Shown here one piece after another: positions 1 through 12,620 of a DNA stretch of 64,000 bases. Source of the stretch: Rhynchobatus australiae (Eukaryota); the NCBI GenBank assembly GCA_034780895.1, contig JAUZTB010000001.1:92416100-92480099 (forward strand), read 5' to 3'. Made by a program: the position numbers and the translations under genes. The notes under the pieces are model-generated. The model did no database searches. It saw only the letters and a list, made by a program, of their open reading frames with translations, and was not told the DNA's origin. How positions within the stretch are numbered: position 1 is the stretch's first letter; each line of letters opens with the position of its first letter.

Positions 1-2789
1 TAATGGGAGGTGAAGATTGAGTTGCACAGATGAATAGCTGCAAAAACCTTAGGGCGAATGAAACTCAGATCCACTACGATGGGAAACGCAAGACTATGCT
101 CCCCTCTTATCTGGGGGGAACACGCAGTTTGCTTAAGCTTCACAAATGAAGGAAACCAAAAGGTCTGACGGAAGAAACTTAGACAGATCCTTGGATTTAA
201 TTTCACTGGGGAAAATTTCACTTTAGGTAGAGGTCACAATGACAGCCATCTCATAAATCAATAGCTGTAGACAAATATTTGCAGTAAATTAGAAATGCAT
301 ACATCTTCAGACTCACACAATTAAATTCCATGACGCTGACTGCAGTTTTCTGCTTTGATCAGATAAAAATAGTGCTGCAGCATCCAAAAGACAGAATGTG
401 CTTGTTCATATTCATTTGCTGGAACCAACAATTGCAGCATCTGCCATTCACTGGCTAAACAAAGCCTGCATCACATTACTGGTACATCATTGTAATAACT
501 AGATAATTACCTGGACACATTTATTCTATAACCACTGCAGAGAGCTGAAGGAAACCCAGAGGGCCACAGAAAGTCTGAAACAACGGAGGTTTTAATCTGA
601 AATACATACACCAGATGGGATAGTGCCAGAACTATCAAAAAACTAAAATCACTGAAGACTTGGTGATTCATAATTAAGGAAGTAGTCTAGACAGTACAGA
701 TCTGGTAGAGGGCGAGAAAAAGCTAAAATATAATTATTTGAACAAGTTACTGGATGTGTCGACTAATTAGCTCAAATAACAAGAACCACCGAGTCCTATT
801 CGGTCATCCCAGCAATACTGGACCAGACCTTTGCTCAGTAAGGATCTCTGCAGGCTACTTCAAAATTAAAACAAAAAACCAATGGGCTATTAAGAAATAA
901 TATTTTCCATTTCTGCCCCCTGAAAAGGTACCAATTCTTTTCCCCAGCTTGGGGCAATGGAGTCAAGCTCACTGCACATCTTTCCCTTTAGGTACATTTA
1001 CCAGCCAGGAGCACTGTACTTCAGCCACACACTAGGCCCCATTGTTTGCACTGTTTCAGCAGTGCCTCAGCTGTGTAATATCAGAAGCCAGCTTCCTGAT
1101 AGGCACCAGTGCATTTACTTAAACCAGACGTACTCTGGGAGCTGGACTGGAGCCAGTAACGACATATTTTGATGCATACCTTCATCTCAGCCAATCACGG
1201 CAAGATAAATCAGCCCACTAAGGCAAAAATCCATTCATTTATGTTTATATTCTGATAGGCAGACAGCCTGGTGAAACTCAATACCGAAGCTGTTCTTATT
1301 GTCTTAAGTCTAAATTCCTCCCTTTTTTGAGATATTTTTCCAGCCCTGCGTTTTATAAAGTCTTTCCGATCACACTATTTCCCACGTCCCAACACAAAGA
1401 AATTTCTGACGTTGCTCCAGGCTGGAACCCCGAGACCAACCGGGTACACATGCAATCTTAGGGCAGTGATTAAACATGATTCAGTGGCCACCTTGTTGGG
1501 CTTGAAGCCTGCAGGTGAGTCCCTGCGCCCCCCCAGCCCAGTCTAACTGGAGTTATTCTCAGCCAATGTGCGAAGGATCCCCTAGCAACTGAGTTTGACT
1601 GTTCCAACACTACATGGCCAGCTGTAGGTTGAGACAGCAGCTCACCATTACTGCTGAAGGACAAGATACAGAAACAAGAGTAGGCTAATCAGCCCCTCAT
1701 TTACATGCAGATCATCTCCCTCTGATGGGAAGGGGGGAGAAACCTATCAGACTATTTTAAGACTTCTCATAAATGATCCATGATCTAGCTTGCTAACCCA
1801 TCTTACCAGATTCTTTTATTTAAAATCTCAAATGACTAGCCAATTTCCAATCCAATTCCCACTCCTTTGATTTTTTGGTTGATTCTTGTATTGAGTATAG
1901 CTCCTTTATGGTCACTATTTTCCAACTATTCTCCTACTTTCCCATGTTATCTTTTATTATTTCATTTCCTAGATAGTAAACAAAACTTGTACAGGATAAG
2001 CAGAATGATTTGGGAAAACACCAGGGGCCAATTTAGAAAAAAGGCATGTATGGAAATGCAGAAAACTGTCAAAACTGGAGACCAATACGCTTTGCTTCTT
2101 TTGGAAGGACACGGATATAAAAGCAAACACTGTTTATTGCCCCCACCCCCCAGTAATCACACAAGTTATTCATTGGAACCTACTGTGGAATAGTTGCAGC
2201 CAAAAATTACCGGCTCCTTGTTCTCATTAACCTGTTTGCCATAATGGGTCACATTCACACCTCTGAATGTGTTACATAGGCTTCACCCACAAAACATCCT
2301 GTGTTTCCACTTAAAATATGTTCTGTATCAGTTATCTGACAGTAATGCAATACAAATCAACATTCTCTAACAATTCTGTGCTGTCAAATATTTATGAGGC
2401 TCTTTTTAAAATGAGCAAGCCATATACAAGCAATTTATCTTTAAAATAAACCTGCTGCAGCAGGGTGGTGGTGAAGCTATATGTGGCTCCTAGCCCACCA
2501 GGTTTCGAACCATGACCCTGAAGAGTCTGCAAATTCACCCTCCATCATGAATGTTTAGAAGCCTATCAATGATCACAGAGAATTGTACCATTGCTTTTCC
2601 TCTTCCCTTATCTCAACAGAGCACTTTGATCCAGTCTGGGGAGAAAGCATATTAACAACACTCCTAGTCCATCACTGGACAAGTTATCACCAAAAATACT
2701 TAGTTCCACAGATGGCAATGCTTTCATATTTCCCGTTTAGTTACTAACATCTTTTTTCCTGTATCCACTATTAAACTGTGACATCGATG

Positions 2790-3332
2790 GTTTTGGCAAT
2801 CTTACTATTGTTCTTAAATTGAAAAAGTGACTACATGTCAAAGTTATTTTGTTGGCCGTGAAGTACTTTGGGAAAGGCAAGTACTTTGTATTTTTCCTCC
2901 TGAATTCCCTTTCTACCTTACAAGTGAACGTTACCTCTGTCACATAGGTAGAGACCTTCTCAACTACAATATTCATTTTCTCCTCAGAGGATCTTTGCTC
3001 CAACCCCATGAAAATGAAGCCACCTATGTTCTACAGTTTACTATTTTTCTATAAAACACTCCAATATCCTGTAGATTAGAGCTCTTCCTGCAATGTGTTC
3101 GAAGTGACCACACAATCACCTTCCCCTTCTTATGAAAAAGAATGTAGAAATGCCAATGTTATCAGACTTCAGATTCTGTTCTCCAATAGTCCACCAAATT
3201 ATGAAGTTATTTTTGGTTGTCCACAATTTGGACCTTTTTCTACCTCTTTGGTTCCAACAAGAAGCAAACTTCTGTATATTTCCCCACTGTCCTTCCTGCC
3301 CTTGGCAAGTGGGAAGCAACCTAATGCTCAGT
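2790..3332 (+). repeat. Diverged local duplication, copy 1
   Basis: Collinear with 5815-6578. Shared anchors include gggaaaggcaagtacttt, cctcctgaattccctttctacc, acaagtgaac, cagtttactattttt, ccaatatcctg, attatgaagtt and aacaagaagcaa. Confidence 0.85.
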
Positions 3333-3639
3333 TCTCAGATCTAGCTGCTTTGGTTCCAGATCTATGAAATCCCCACGACCACAATTTCTGCAATTCAGTT
3401 CCTCAACTCTGACTTAGTCTTCACAGTACTGCTACTTGTGGTTGTCCACCTCGGAGGTGGAGTTGTAAGAAATACTGAGCCCTCCTAAGTATCCCTGCAT
3501 CACCGTCTCCTCTTCCCAGTACAGTGGACGGTCCCCACTTCCATTCCTCTTCATCTCATCCTGTCTGTGGGATGACTACCTCACTGAATTCATAGGAATA
3601 CACAGATGAACAGGAGCACACACCAAACATCATCCATAG

Positions 3640-4527
3640 ACTCTCAGATGGCGATGAGTAGGCTTACAGGGGTGAGATAGTTTGGTTGGTTGAGTGGTGT
3701 TGCAACAAGAACTTCGGCAAGACCAAGGATTGTGGACTTCAGGAAAGGGAAGTCAGGAGAACACACACCAGTCTTCATTGAGGGGTCAGCGGTGGAAAGG
3801 GTGAGCAACTCAAGTTCCTGGGAAACAACATCTCAGAGGATCCATCCTGGGCCCAACACATTGATGTAATCACAAAGAAGGCATTACTTTATTAGGAGTT
3901 TGAGGAGATTTGGCATATCACCAAAAGCTCTTACAAATTTCTATAGATGTACAGTGGAGAGCATTCTGACTGGTTGCATCACTGCCTGGTATGGAGGCTC
4001 CAATGTNNNNNNNNNNNNNNNNNNNNNNNNNNNNNNNNNNNNNNNNNNNNNNNNNNNNNNNNNNNNNNNNNNNNNNNNNNNNNNNNNNNNNNNNNNNNNN
4101 NNNNNNCACTGCCTGGTATGGAGGCTCCAATGCACAGGATCACAAGAGGCTGCAGAGGGTTGTAGACTCAGCCAGCTCCATCATTGGCACAACCCTCCCT
4201 GCCATCAAGAACATCTTCAAATGATGGTGCCTCAAGAAGGCAGCGCCCAATATTAAGGACCCTCACTATCTGGAACATGCTCTTTTCACATTAGTACCAT
4301 CAGGGAGGAGGTACAGGAGCCTGAAGACCCACACTTAATGAGTTAGGAACAGCTTCTTCCCCTCCACTGTCAGATTTCTGACTGATCCACGAATACTACC
4401 ACATTATTCCTTTTTTTCACACTATTTATTTTTGTATTTTGTAGACTATGTCTCTGCACTGTGCTGCTGCGGCAAAACAACAAATTTCACATCTTATGTC
4501 AGTGATGATAAATCAGATTCTGATTCT
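3640..4527 (+). mobile_element. Rex1/Babar-type non-LTR retrotransposon, 5'-truncated and decayed
   Basis: Remnant KTK..VDFRK; ORF ...LTNFYRCTVESILTGCITAWYGGSNAQDHKRLQRVV... typical of the Rex1 RT C-terminal region; 3' end gataaatcagattctgattct. Confidence 0.85.
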
Positions 4528-4574
4528 AAATTCAATGTTAATCCGTGTTAAACACACTAAAGAATAAACAATGT

Positions 4575-4900
4575 TTTCAGCAGGAGGTGGCCACTCGACC
4601 CCTTCACCTCAACCTGCAACTGCAACTCAATAAGATCACGGCTGATCTGTCTGTAACTGCAACTCCATATCCTCGCCTCCCTCTGGTAAAAATTCCCCCG
4701 AATAATCAAGTATCCATCTGTCTCAACCTTGAAAATATTCAAAGATTCTGCTTCCACCATTCTTTGAGGAATTTCAAAGACTCGTGATAATCTGAAAGAA
4801 AAAAAATTGCCTTACATCTGTTTTAAATGGGCAAGTTCTAGATTGTGCCAGAAGAAACATCCTCACCATAACCACTTGCAAAGGTGCCTCAGGATCTTGA
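4575..4900 (-). mobile_element. CR1 LINE 3' fragment
   Basis: Minus-strand VEAESLNIFKVETDGYL resembles the CR1 ORF2 C-terminus; CR1-type 3' UTR (aataagatcacggctgatct). Confidence 0.65.
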
Positions 4901-5199
4901 ATGCTTCAGTCAGGAAGGATTCTCAACCAGGAGCCTTTCAGCTCCAAGTACACGAGAAGAAACCAAGGGCTGGTGACAAATTCTGCATACATCAGATACA
5001 TGAAACAGCCAGACATCATGTTCCACAGATTTCATTGATCATAACCTGCATCATCTTCTCCACAACCTGCTTAAAACCATTCAAGGTCTCAAAATGAACT
5101 GAAACACACTCAAAGGTTCTCCATAAATGTCAGCTGGCTGGGTTACCAGCATTTTTGCCTCAGAGTTGGTAAGTTTCATATTTTTGTCACACTCCAGCA

Positions 5200-5525
5200 C
5201 AAAAATTCATAAAAAAACTCTGGTGCTGCACCACTGAAGATGCCATTTCTTGGGATAAAATGTTGAACCAAGACCCTGTCTGCTCGGCCATGCCTGTTCT
5301 CTTGGGTGGTTGTGAAAGATGCCATAGTGCTATTTTGAAAAGAAGAGATATCTCGCATGATACAACCAACACTTAACATCTGGGGTCGTCATCATGTTGC
5401 TCTTTGCGAGCACTTGTTACATGCAAATTGCCCACTGCATTTCCAAAAATCCTTCTTATCAATGGTTGAAAGGATGTTGGAATGTTCTGACAAGGAAGGT
5501 GCGATATAAAAGCAAAGACTTCTGT
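5200..5525 (+). mobile_element. DeuSINE (SacSINE1/AmnSINE1-like), decayed
   Basis: Deu-domain-like gtgctgcac...gatgcc...aaccaagaccctgtctgctc...aaagatgccatagtgctattttgaa..gaagag, and tail gaaggtgcgatataaaagcaaagacttct. Confidence 0.7.
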
Positions 5526-5814
5526 TCCTTGTTCTGTTATCTTGCAAATAACTGCATTTTTAATAGATGGAAGGGTGGCACAGCAAGTGGTGGTGGAATC
5601 TAACTGATATCTGAGCCACATAACTTGTTGGGAAAANNNNNNNNNNNNNNNNNNNNNNNNNNNNNNNNNNNNNNNNNNNNNNNNNNNNNNNNNNNNNNNN
5701 NNNNNNNNNNNNNNNNNNNNNNNNNNNNNNNNNNNNTGGGAAAAGACTAGGAGCAAAGCTCTCTAATCCTGACCATTCTAGCAATCCACCTGATCCTCAC
5801 ACCATTCGTTCCAG

Positions 5815-6578
5815 TAATTTTATCATTGCTCCTAAATTAAAAAAGTGATTACACGTCAACGCTGTTTCATTGGTGGTTTAGTACTCTGGGAAAGGCAAGT
5901 ACTTTATATTTCTCCTCCTCCTGAATTCCCTTTCTACCTCACAAGTGAACCGTTTCTCCAGCACGTCAGTCCTTCCCCACTACAACACTTAATTTGAAGA
6001 AAAACATGATGATGCTGGAGAAACTCAGCCGGCCAGGCAGCATCCATGGAGAAAAGCAGGGAGTCGACACTTCAGGTCAGGACCTTTCTTCAGGTCCTGA
6101 AGGGTCCTGACCCAAAGCATTGACTGCCTGCCTTTCTCCATGGATGCTGCCTGGCCTGCTGAGTTCTTCCAGCAACGTGTCTTTCACGTAAAGTCCAGCA
6201 TGTGCAGTCCTTTCTTTCTCTTGCGACACTTACTTTCCCCATTGAGGACCTTGGCCTCAATCCTGTGCAAATAAAGCCCCCATATTCTGCAGTTTACTAT
6301 TTTTTGATAAAACCCCCAATATCCTGCAAGTTAGAGCCCGTCCTTAAATGTGTTCTAAACAACCACACATCCACCTCCCCCATCTCAAATAAAGAATGCC
6401 AATGTTACTAGCTTTCAGGTTCAGTTCTTTAACAGACCACCACATTATGAAGTTCTTTTGGTAGACCTCAGTTTGGGATCTTTCTCCCTCTTTGATTCTA
6501 ACAAGAAGCAAGCTTCTGGATATTTCTGCACAGACTGTCATTAACCTTGGCAACAGGAAAGCAACCCACTGCTCAATA
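5815..6578 (+). repeat. Diverged local duplication, copy 2 (interrupted by a fold-back element)
   Basis: Same anchors in the same order as 2790-3332, plus an extra ~235-bp insert at ~5992-6225. Confidence 0.85.
5992..6225. mobile_element. Palindromic fold-back element (Penelope-terminus-like)
   Basis: Inverted arms tgctggagaaactcagccggccaggcagcatccatggagaaa / tttctccatggatgctgcctggcctgctgagttcttccagca around centre ~6095; absent from the paralogous copy near 2970. Confidence 0.8.
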
Positions 6579-8209
6579 CTATGGGTGCCCTGACACAGCC
6601 AAATAGCAAGACAAAACTTTAAATGAAGACTTACTCTTCATCAGTAGCGACATATGCAGAGGAAGGTAACTCCCACCCAAGTAACTGTCCCCTAGAACAA
6701 ACCAGTAATTTCAGGAGAACTGAAAGTAAACCTGTGGGGGTGATATAATTATTGATGTAGTGCAACAGGAGACTGAATTACAGCAGAGCTAACGTTCCTA
6801 TTCAACTGAATTTTCTATTTTAAACATACAGCAATTCAAATAAAAAAGGACGAAAAACTGTGATGTGCAACATTAAAAGAGGATACTCCTTAAGCATTGC
6901 TCAACTGCAAATTTCCAGAGGAAGAACTTACATCCGAGACAAATAGCAGATTCTTTAAAGCAGATCAGTTTTGGAAAACTTCATCCTAAAACCTATCCCG
7001 GACCTACTGCATTCACTTTATGGAGTGAAGGCAAAGTCTTGAGGGCAACCATAAAAGTAATTACTGCCTCCTGGGTGGAAGAGTAATAACCTTATATTAG
7101 CACTTTATGAACAAGCCATCAGTTGAAAAGTCATCAAGTAGCCTTGTGAATTAGACATTGCGCCAGTTATGCATTAACGTAATCGGGGCCAGAGATATTT
7201 CAGCTGCAATGCATTAGCTCAACACTCAGGGCTTCAGACTATCACTCAGAAGAACACTGCTCACCATTCCACATGGCTACATGTGGATAGTTCCTTCTTA
7301 AAAAAAACATTGTTAAGATCCAAATCCGAGGTCTAATTCAATCCCTTGTGTTTACAATAGAATAAACACCAATTTCTTGGCAGATGTTCATCTGGGGCCA
7401 TTTAGTCCGGACAAACTGCTGCCAACTATTCAGGGAAACATGTGACTTACTAGTGAAGGTCTTTAATTATCAAGTGGGATTTCTATTCACAACTATGATT
7501 AAATTCTGACAATTATCAAATTGGAATAATTAACGTTTCATTGTGCTCCCTTAGTTTGATAAGGCTACTTCTCCATAGATGTAGCTGGAAGCAATGCAGA
7601 CAGTTCAGCATATGGTAGTGAGTTAGGGCATAGAATCCCCTGCCTTCAACACTATGCCACTCTCAAACTCACAGCCATAAACCCCTCCTTAAAACAACCC
7701 TCCCACCTGCTGTCCTGGCAAACTTCCATTCCTTTTCCACGTCTCTCTCTCTGCAATAAAGGGAAAGGACATAGTTTTAGCGAGCCAAAAATGATTAGTG
7801 AGAGAGATCGGGTGCAGCAACCATTTCATTTATTCTCCAGGACTCTCCCACAGACCATGATGTAACCCCTTGCACGATCCTCCATCATTGTTCAGCTCTG
7901 AGAGACCATTTAACATTGGCCAGAGAATGTCCAGAAAAGGGGAAAGAGAGAAAGAGCACAAGAACGAAGAGGGCATGAAAAAATAAAAAGGGAGAGGGGG
8001 AGGGGGAGGGGGAGAAACCCTGATAACTGTAAATGTTTGAACAAGCGATAATTGACATGAGGCACATCAATAATCCTCTTGTTCTTTCCCAAGTACACCA
8101 ATTTACAGAGAAAGAAAATCCTAGAATGAAGTTTGAGACCAAAGTTTTGGACCTTTCTTGGATACTCCAAGGATACATTGAGGTTCAAGCTGATGCAAAC
8201 CACCTCCAC

Positions 8210-8525
8210 TTGATCGTCAAAAGTGCTATCAAGTGGTACTTACCAATAACCTGGTTGCTGATATAGAGTTTGGGTTTCACCAGGACCCATTAGCTCCAGA
8301 TCTCATCGCAGCCTTGGACCAGAGAGGAACCATAGAGCTGAACTCCAGAGATGAGGCAAGAGCAACTGCCTTGGACATCAAGGCTGCATTTGACTGACTC
8401 AAGCAGAAAAGACCTCCAACAGGAATTGATGCGAAGCTACTTGAGGGAAATCCCTCCATGATAGTGAAGTGATACTTTGCACTGATGAAGGATGCTCTGG
8501 TTGTTGAAGGCAAATCGTCACAGGC
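8210..8525 (+). mobile_element. LINE (CR1-group) reverse transcriptase fragment
   Basis: Frame from 8269 reads FGFHQDPLAPDLIAALDQRGTIELNSRDEARATALDIKAAFD*, containing the (Q)FGF and D..AFD motifs of non-LTR RT. Confidence 0.8.
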
Positions 8526-8679
8526 AGAGTAGCTGACATTAGACTGAGCTGCAAACTATAATTACAGATATAAGCAAGGTGCAGAGCTCAATCACTGTCC
8601 GATAAACATGACATGGCAAAATTGGAAAGAGAAGAAGATTGCAAATATCAGTGAAAGAGACTGCAGGGAGAGAATAAGA

Positions 8680-9150
8680 AAAAGAAGCTGGAGTCACCCA
8701 TTCAACCCCTTGTGCCTGCTCAACGATTCAATATGATCAAGACCAATCTTTTACTCAGAAACACTTTCCAACATTCCTCGACTCCCTGAATGCCTAAAAA
8801 AACTACTGCTCTCTTTCTTGAATATACTTAGCACTTGGGAATTCCATAGATCCACCACTCTCTCAATGAAGAATTTTTTTTCTTATATCTATAGTGAATG
8901 GCTGACTACTTATTCTGAGACTGTGACTCTGGTTCTAGACAGCCCAAACAGGGTCATCATCAACTCTGCATCTACCCTGCAAAACCCCTAAAGAATTTTG
9001 TACCTTCCAATGAGATTGCCTTTCATTCTTCTAAACTCCGTACAGGCTCAAGTCCGCTTAATCTCTGCTTGTACAACAAATACACCATCCCAGGTATCAG
9101 TCTGGTGGATCTTCATTACATTCTCTCTAATGCAAGTTACCCTTCCTTTG
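8680..9150 (-). mobile_element. CR1 LINE 3' fragment
   Basis: Reverse complement of CR1 3' features (attcaatatgatca, tccaccactctctcaatgaagaa, ctctggttctagac, cattcttctaaactcc). Confidence 0.65.
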
Positions 9151-11050
9151 CAAGATGTCATGGGGATGTTAGCTCAACCTTTGTACTTGCAGAAAAGCCT
9201 AAAAAAGTAGACTAACAAACAGGCAAAAAATTAGAATAATATTACCTGGAAATTAAAACATAATGGGGAAATTTGATTGGAGCTTCAAGTATTAAAGGAG
9301 AAATTGATAGGGGAGATGGAGTAAAACTATTTCCAGTCATTAGGTTGTCTAAGAATGCCAGGGAGGGCTTTCAGATATGAAATTTGAAAATATTTCTAGA
9401 CTGATATAGAAATTTGAAACTCTTCTGCAAATGCTTTGTTGAAAATTGAACAAAAGTTGTTTACATCTGAGATTGACAGATATTTATTAACCAAAGGATA
9501 TTAATGGGGGAGAGGGAGATATACATAGAATTAGTTCACAAATTAACCAACGAGATCCTGGTTGTACAAGGTTATATTGTCTATACCTACTTCTATGAAG
9601 AAATTGCTCCACAGATGTGCAATAGTTCTAAACTGAAAAAAACTGTTGGGCATCTTCTTTGGGGGAATTACAAGGAGACAAAATGGCAAATTCACACTAA
9701 GATGCAAAAAGAGTTCTCAACGGAATCTATCAACACACAAGCGTCCCGAGATTTATTATTTTTTACATTACAGAATTTACACAGTTTGCGGAATAGGAAA
9801 ACAAAGAGTATCCAAGCACAGTGAACCACATTTTGATGTCAAATGTGAATGGGTTGAAAAGGAAGCATTTATTTACCTTTTCTCTCCCTCCCTGCACCCC
9901 CCCCCCCAAAACAGACAGACACAGCAGCTAATTAACACACTTCCTTGCAGTTTAAGAGAAGTAAAACTGTGCAGTTAAAAAAAATGCATATTGCTCAGAA
10001 CCTGGTGCAAGGCACAATAGGTTATTCCATGAAGAGAATGTGTTAGTGAAGGGTGGCAAAAGAATCAAATACATTTAATTAACAAGTAGACAATACAAGA
10101 ATTGACAATAAGGGCACTGAGCTTTGATCCTCAAAAAATTCAGCTAGACTGAGTCGAAGAGCATCTTCCAAACAGACCCTGCATAAAAGAACTGCTGCAA
10201 CAGCAACCTTACAGTCATGAATATAACAGACATGCTATTAGAAGCTCAATGTTCAGGCACTGGCTGCACTGAAGCAGAAAGTAGTTTAATTATACAAACA
10301 CAATATATTTATTTATTTTACAGAATATATGAAAATCCCAGCATTTGCAGCTTGACTTTACTCAAGGGAGTCTTCCGAGACCAAAGTTTTAAGGAAATTT
10401 GACAGTTCTGCCGACACGGAATATCAACAGGCTTGCGCACAATTTAAGGTTTTGCAGTATTTATGTATGTTTGGACAGTGTTTACACACATTCAGTCTTA
10501 ATTCACAAGGAAGTTCTGCACCAATTGTAAAGAATAAGACGGAGGATTTACGTGCACACATGCAACACTAATGCAATCAAGGGCCCACTCACAGTAGCTA
10601 GACCTTTCAGTAAGTGCACAAGAAGCAACCAAGGGAATTCAAACTTAATGTACGCTGCACTCATATTAAAAAGCAAGCTCAATGTTACTACAAGCACGTC
10701 TTTGTGCAAGAGGCAGAAGAGGTAACAGAGTACAGACTGCAAACATTACGCCCGTATGAATAGTTCTATTCCACAAGAGAGGAAGGAGTTGCATTGAGAA
10801 AGAGGGTGGGGTAAGAAACAAAGACTAAGCTTTTGACTTGCCCAATTAAGTGATCAATCAATGGATATAAGCTGACAATTGGCTGGCAGCACAAGAGTGA
10901 TGTCAAGGATCACTGGGAGGTAACTATGAACCAGTTTTTCTTTTAAAATGTGGCTCTACATAATTATGACAAGCAAATTAGCCAGGCACAATTGAACCAG
11001 TCGATATTAAACTCTGACGCATTGTCCCCATTTAGAAGCAGATACTACGC

Positions 11051-11208
11051 AATGTTTAAGAGACATTTAGACAAGCATGTGAACAGGCAGGGAATAGTGG
11101 GATATGGACCATATGCAGGCAGATGGGATTAGGTAGACTGGCATTATGGTCAGCACAGACAATGGTGGACTGAAGGGCCTGTTCCTGTGCTGTACTGTTC
11201 TGTGTTCC
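11051..11208 (+). mobile_element. CR1 LINE 3' end
   Basis: FKRHLDKHVNRQGIVGYGPYAGRWD* followed by gggcctgttcctgtgctgtactgttctgtgttc tail. Confidence 0.8.
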
Positions 11209-12254
11209 ATTTGTTGTGAGCATCGGATTTGTGCCGAGGTCAACCATCAATGACAGATTGTTGGTGCAGAAAGTATTTAATTTTCAGTTGTAGAAAACCT
11301 AAAACAAATAGCAATCTTTAGTTTAAAGGCAGAGCTTACAAAACTGCATTAAAACTTATACTGATTCATTCTCAATCCCAACAAGAGTACCAAGCTGTAT
11401 CTGAAGTAGAAAGCACCAAAACAGATCACATTTTCATTTCCATAATGCTGACAATCAAAGATGAATGAACACCATAATTCACTTGTATCAAAGTGAATAG
11501 AACACAAAATTGATACCCAAAACATTGTTCTGACAGTCATACGTACTTATTTCAAGCTAACTAACTAAAAACCACATAGGTGACCCAAATGAATTCTGTT
11601 CCAAATCTCACTCTCGTTGGACCACACCTTCTACGTCGTACATCACAAAATCAAATTGGAAGCACCTCCGCAGAAAAAAATGCTCTCAAAATTTGCAGTG
11701 AATTCAATCCAAATCCACTGTCTGAATCTTACATTCCAAAAGGGGAAATATTTCTTCCTTGTGGCAAAAATTACAATGAGCTACACACTCTAACCATGTT
11801 AATGTAAGGAGTTGGAATTGTTTGGGCAAAGAACCACCAAGGGAGTAAAGAACGCAGTGAACAAAGACAGTCACTGTAGCACATAGATCTTCTGATTGGT
11901 CCTCTAAACTACTTTGTTTTCCCCGCTGCTCACTCTCTCTGCCTGATCGCCACCTGAAGAAAGATGCATTGTTCAAGCATTGCAAAACACAATCAACAGA
12001 TTTTCCAGAACTGTTTGTTGCTTCTCTTCCCATCAGAGAATTTTCCCCAATTACTTTCTCCTGATATTACATCACCACCTCTGGAAGAGCAAACAGCTTC
12101 CACATTTCCCTCCTGTCACAAGGGGCCTGGGTCAGCTTGGCTCAGTCCTGCCAGCATCCATTTGTGGCTGCTCACTCCGATGATTTCTCCCCTCAAAACC
12201 CAGGACCTAACCCGAGCCCCTGTAACTGATGTTAAAAGTAAGGATAACAGCAGG

Positions 12255-12620
12255 GCATAGTGGGTGGCACAGAGGTGGAGCTATTAAAGCTATGGCCTCA
12301 AGTTCCTGCAAACCTGGGTTCCGTCCCCATCTCTGGAGGTGTCTGTGTAGAGTTTGCATGTTATCCCTGTGGTCCCATGGATAAATTAACTGGACACTAT
12401 AAATTGCCTCTAGAACGAAGGCGAGGGGTAAAACCTGGGGGGGAGATGCAGGGAGAATAGGTTACGNNNNNNNNNNAGACCTGATTCTGAGTTGGGATTT
12501 GTAGAGCATTTGGGAGAGAATAGGTTACGGGGGGGAACATTAGTGAGGGAAATGAAACTGCTCTGAGAGTCGACATAGACTTGACGGGCTGATATAACCT
12601 ACTACCTCAAGGAAATATAG
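12255..12620 (+). mobile_element. tRNA-derived V-SINE (HE1-like), decayed, spans a gap
   Basis: ggtggcacag head, gtctgtgtagagtttgcatgtt, taaattgcctcta core. Confidence 0.65.
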
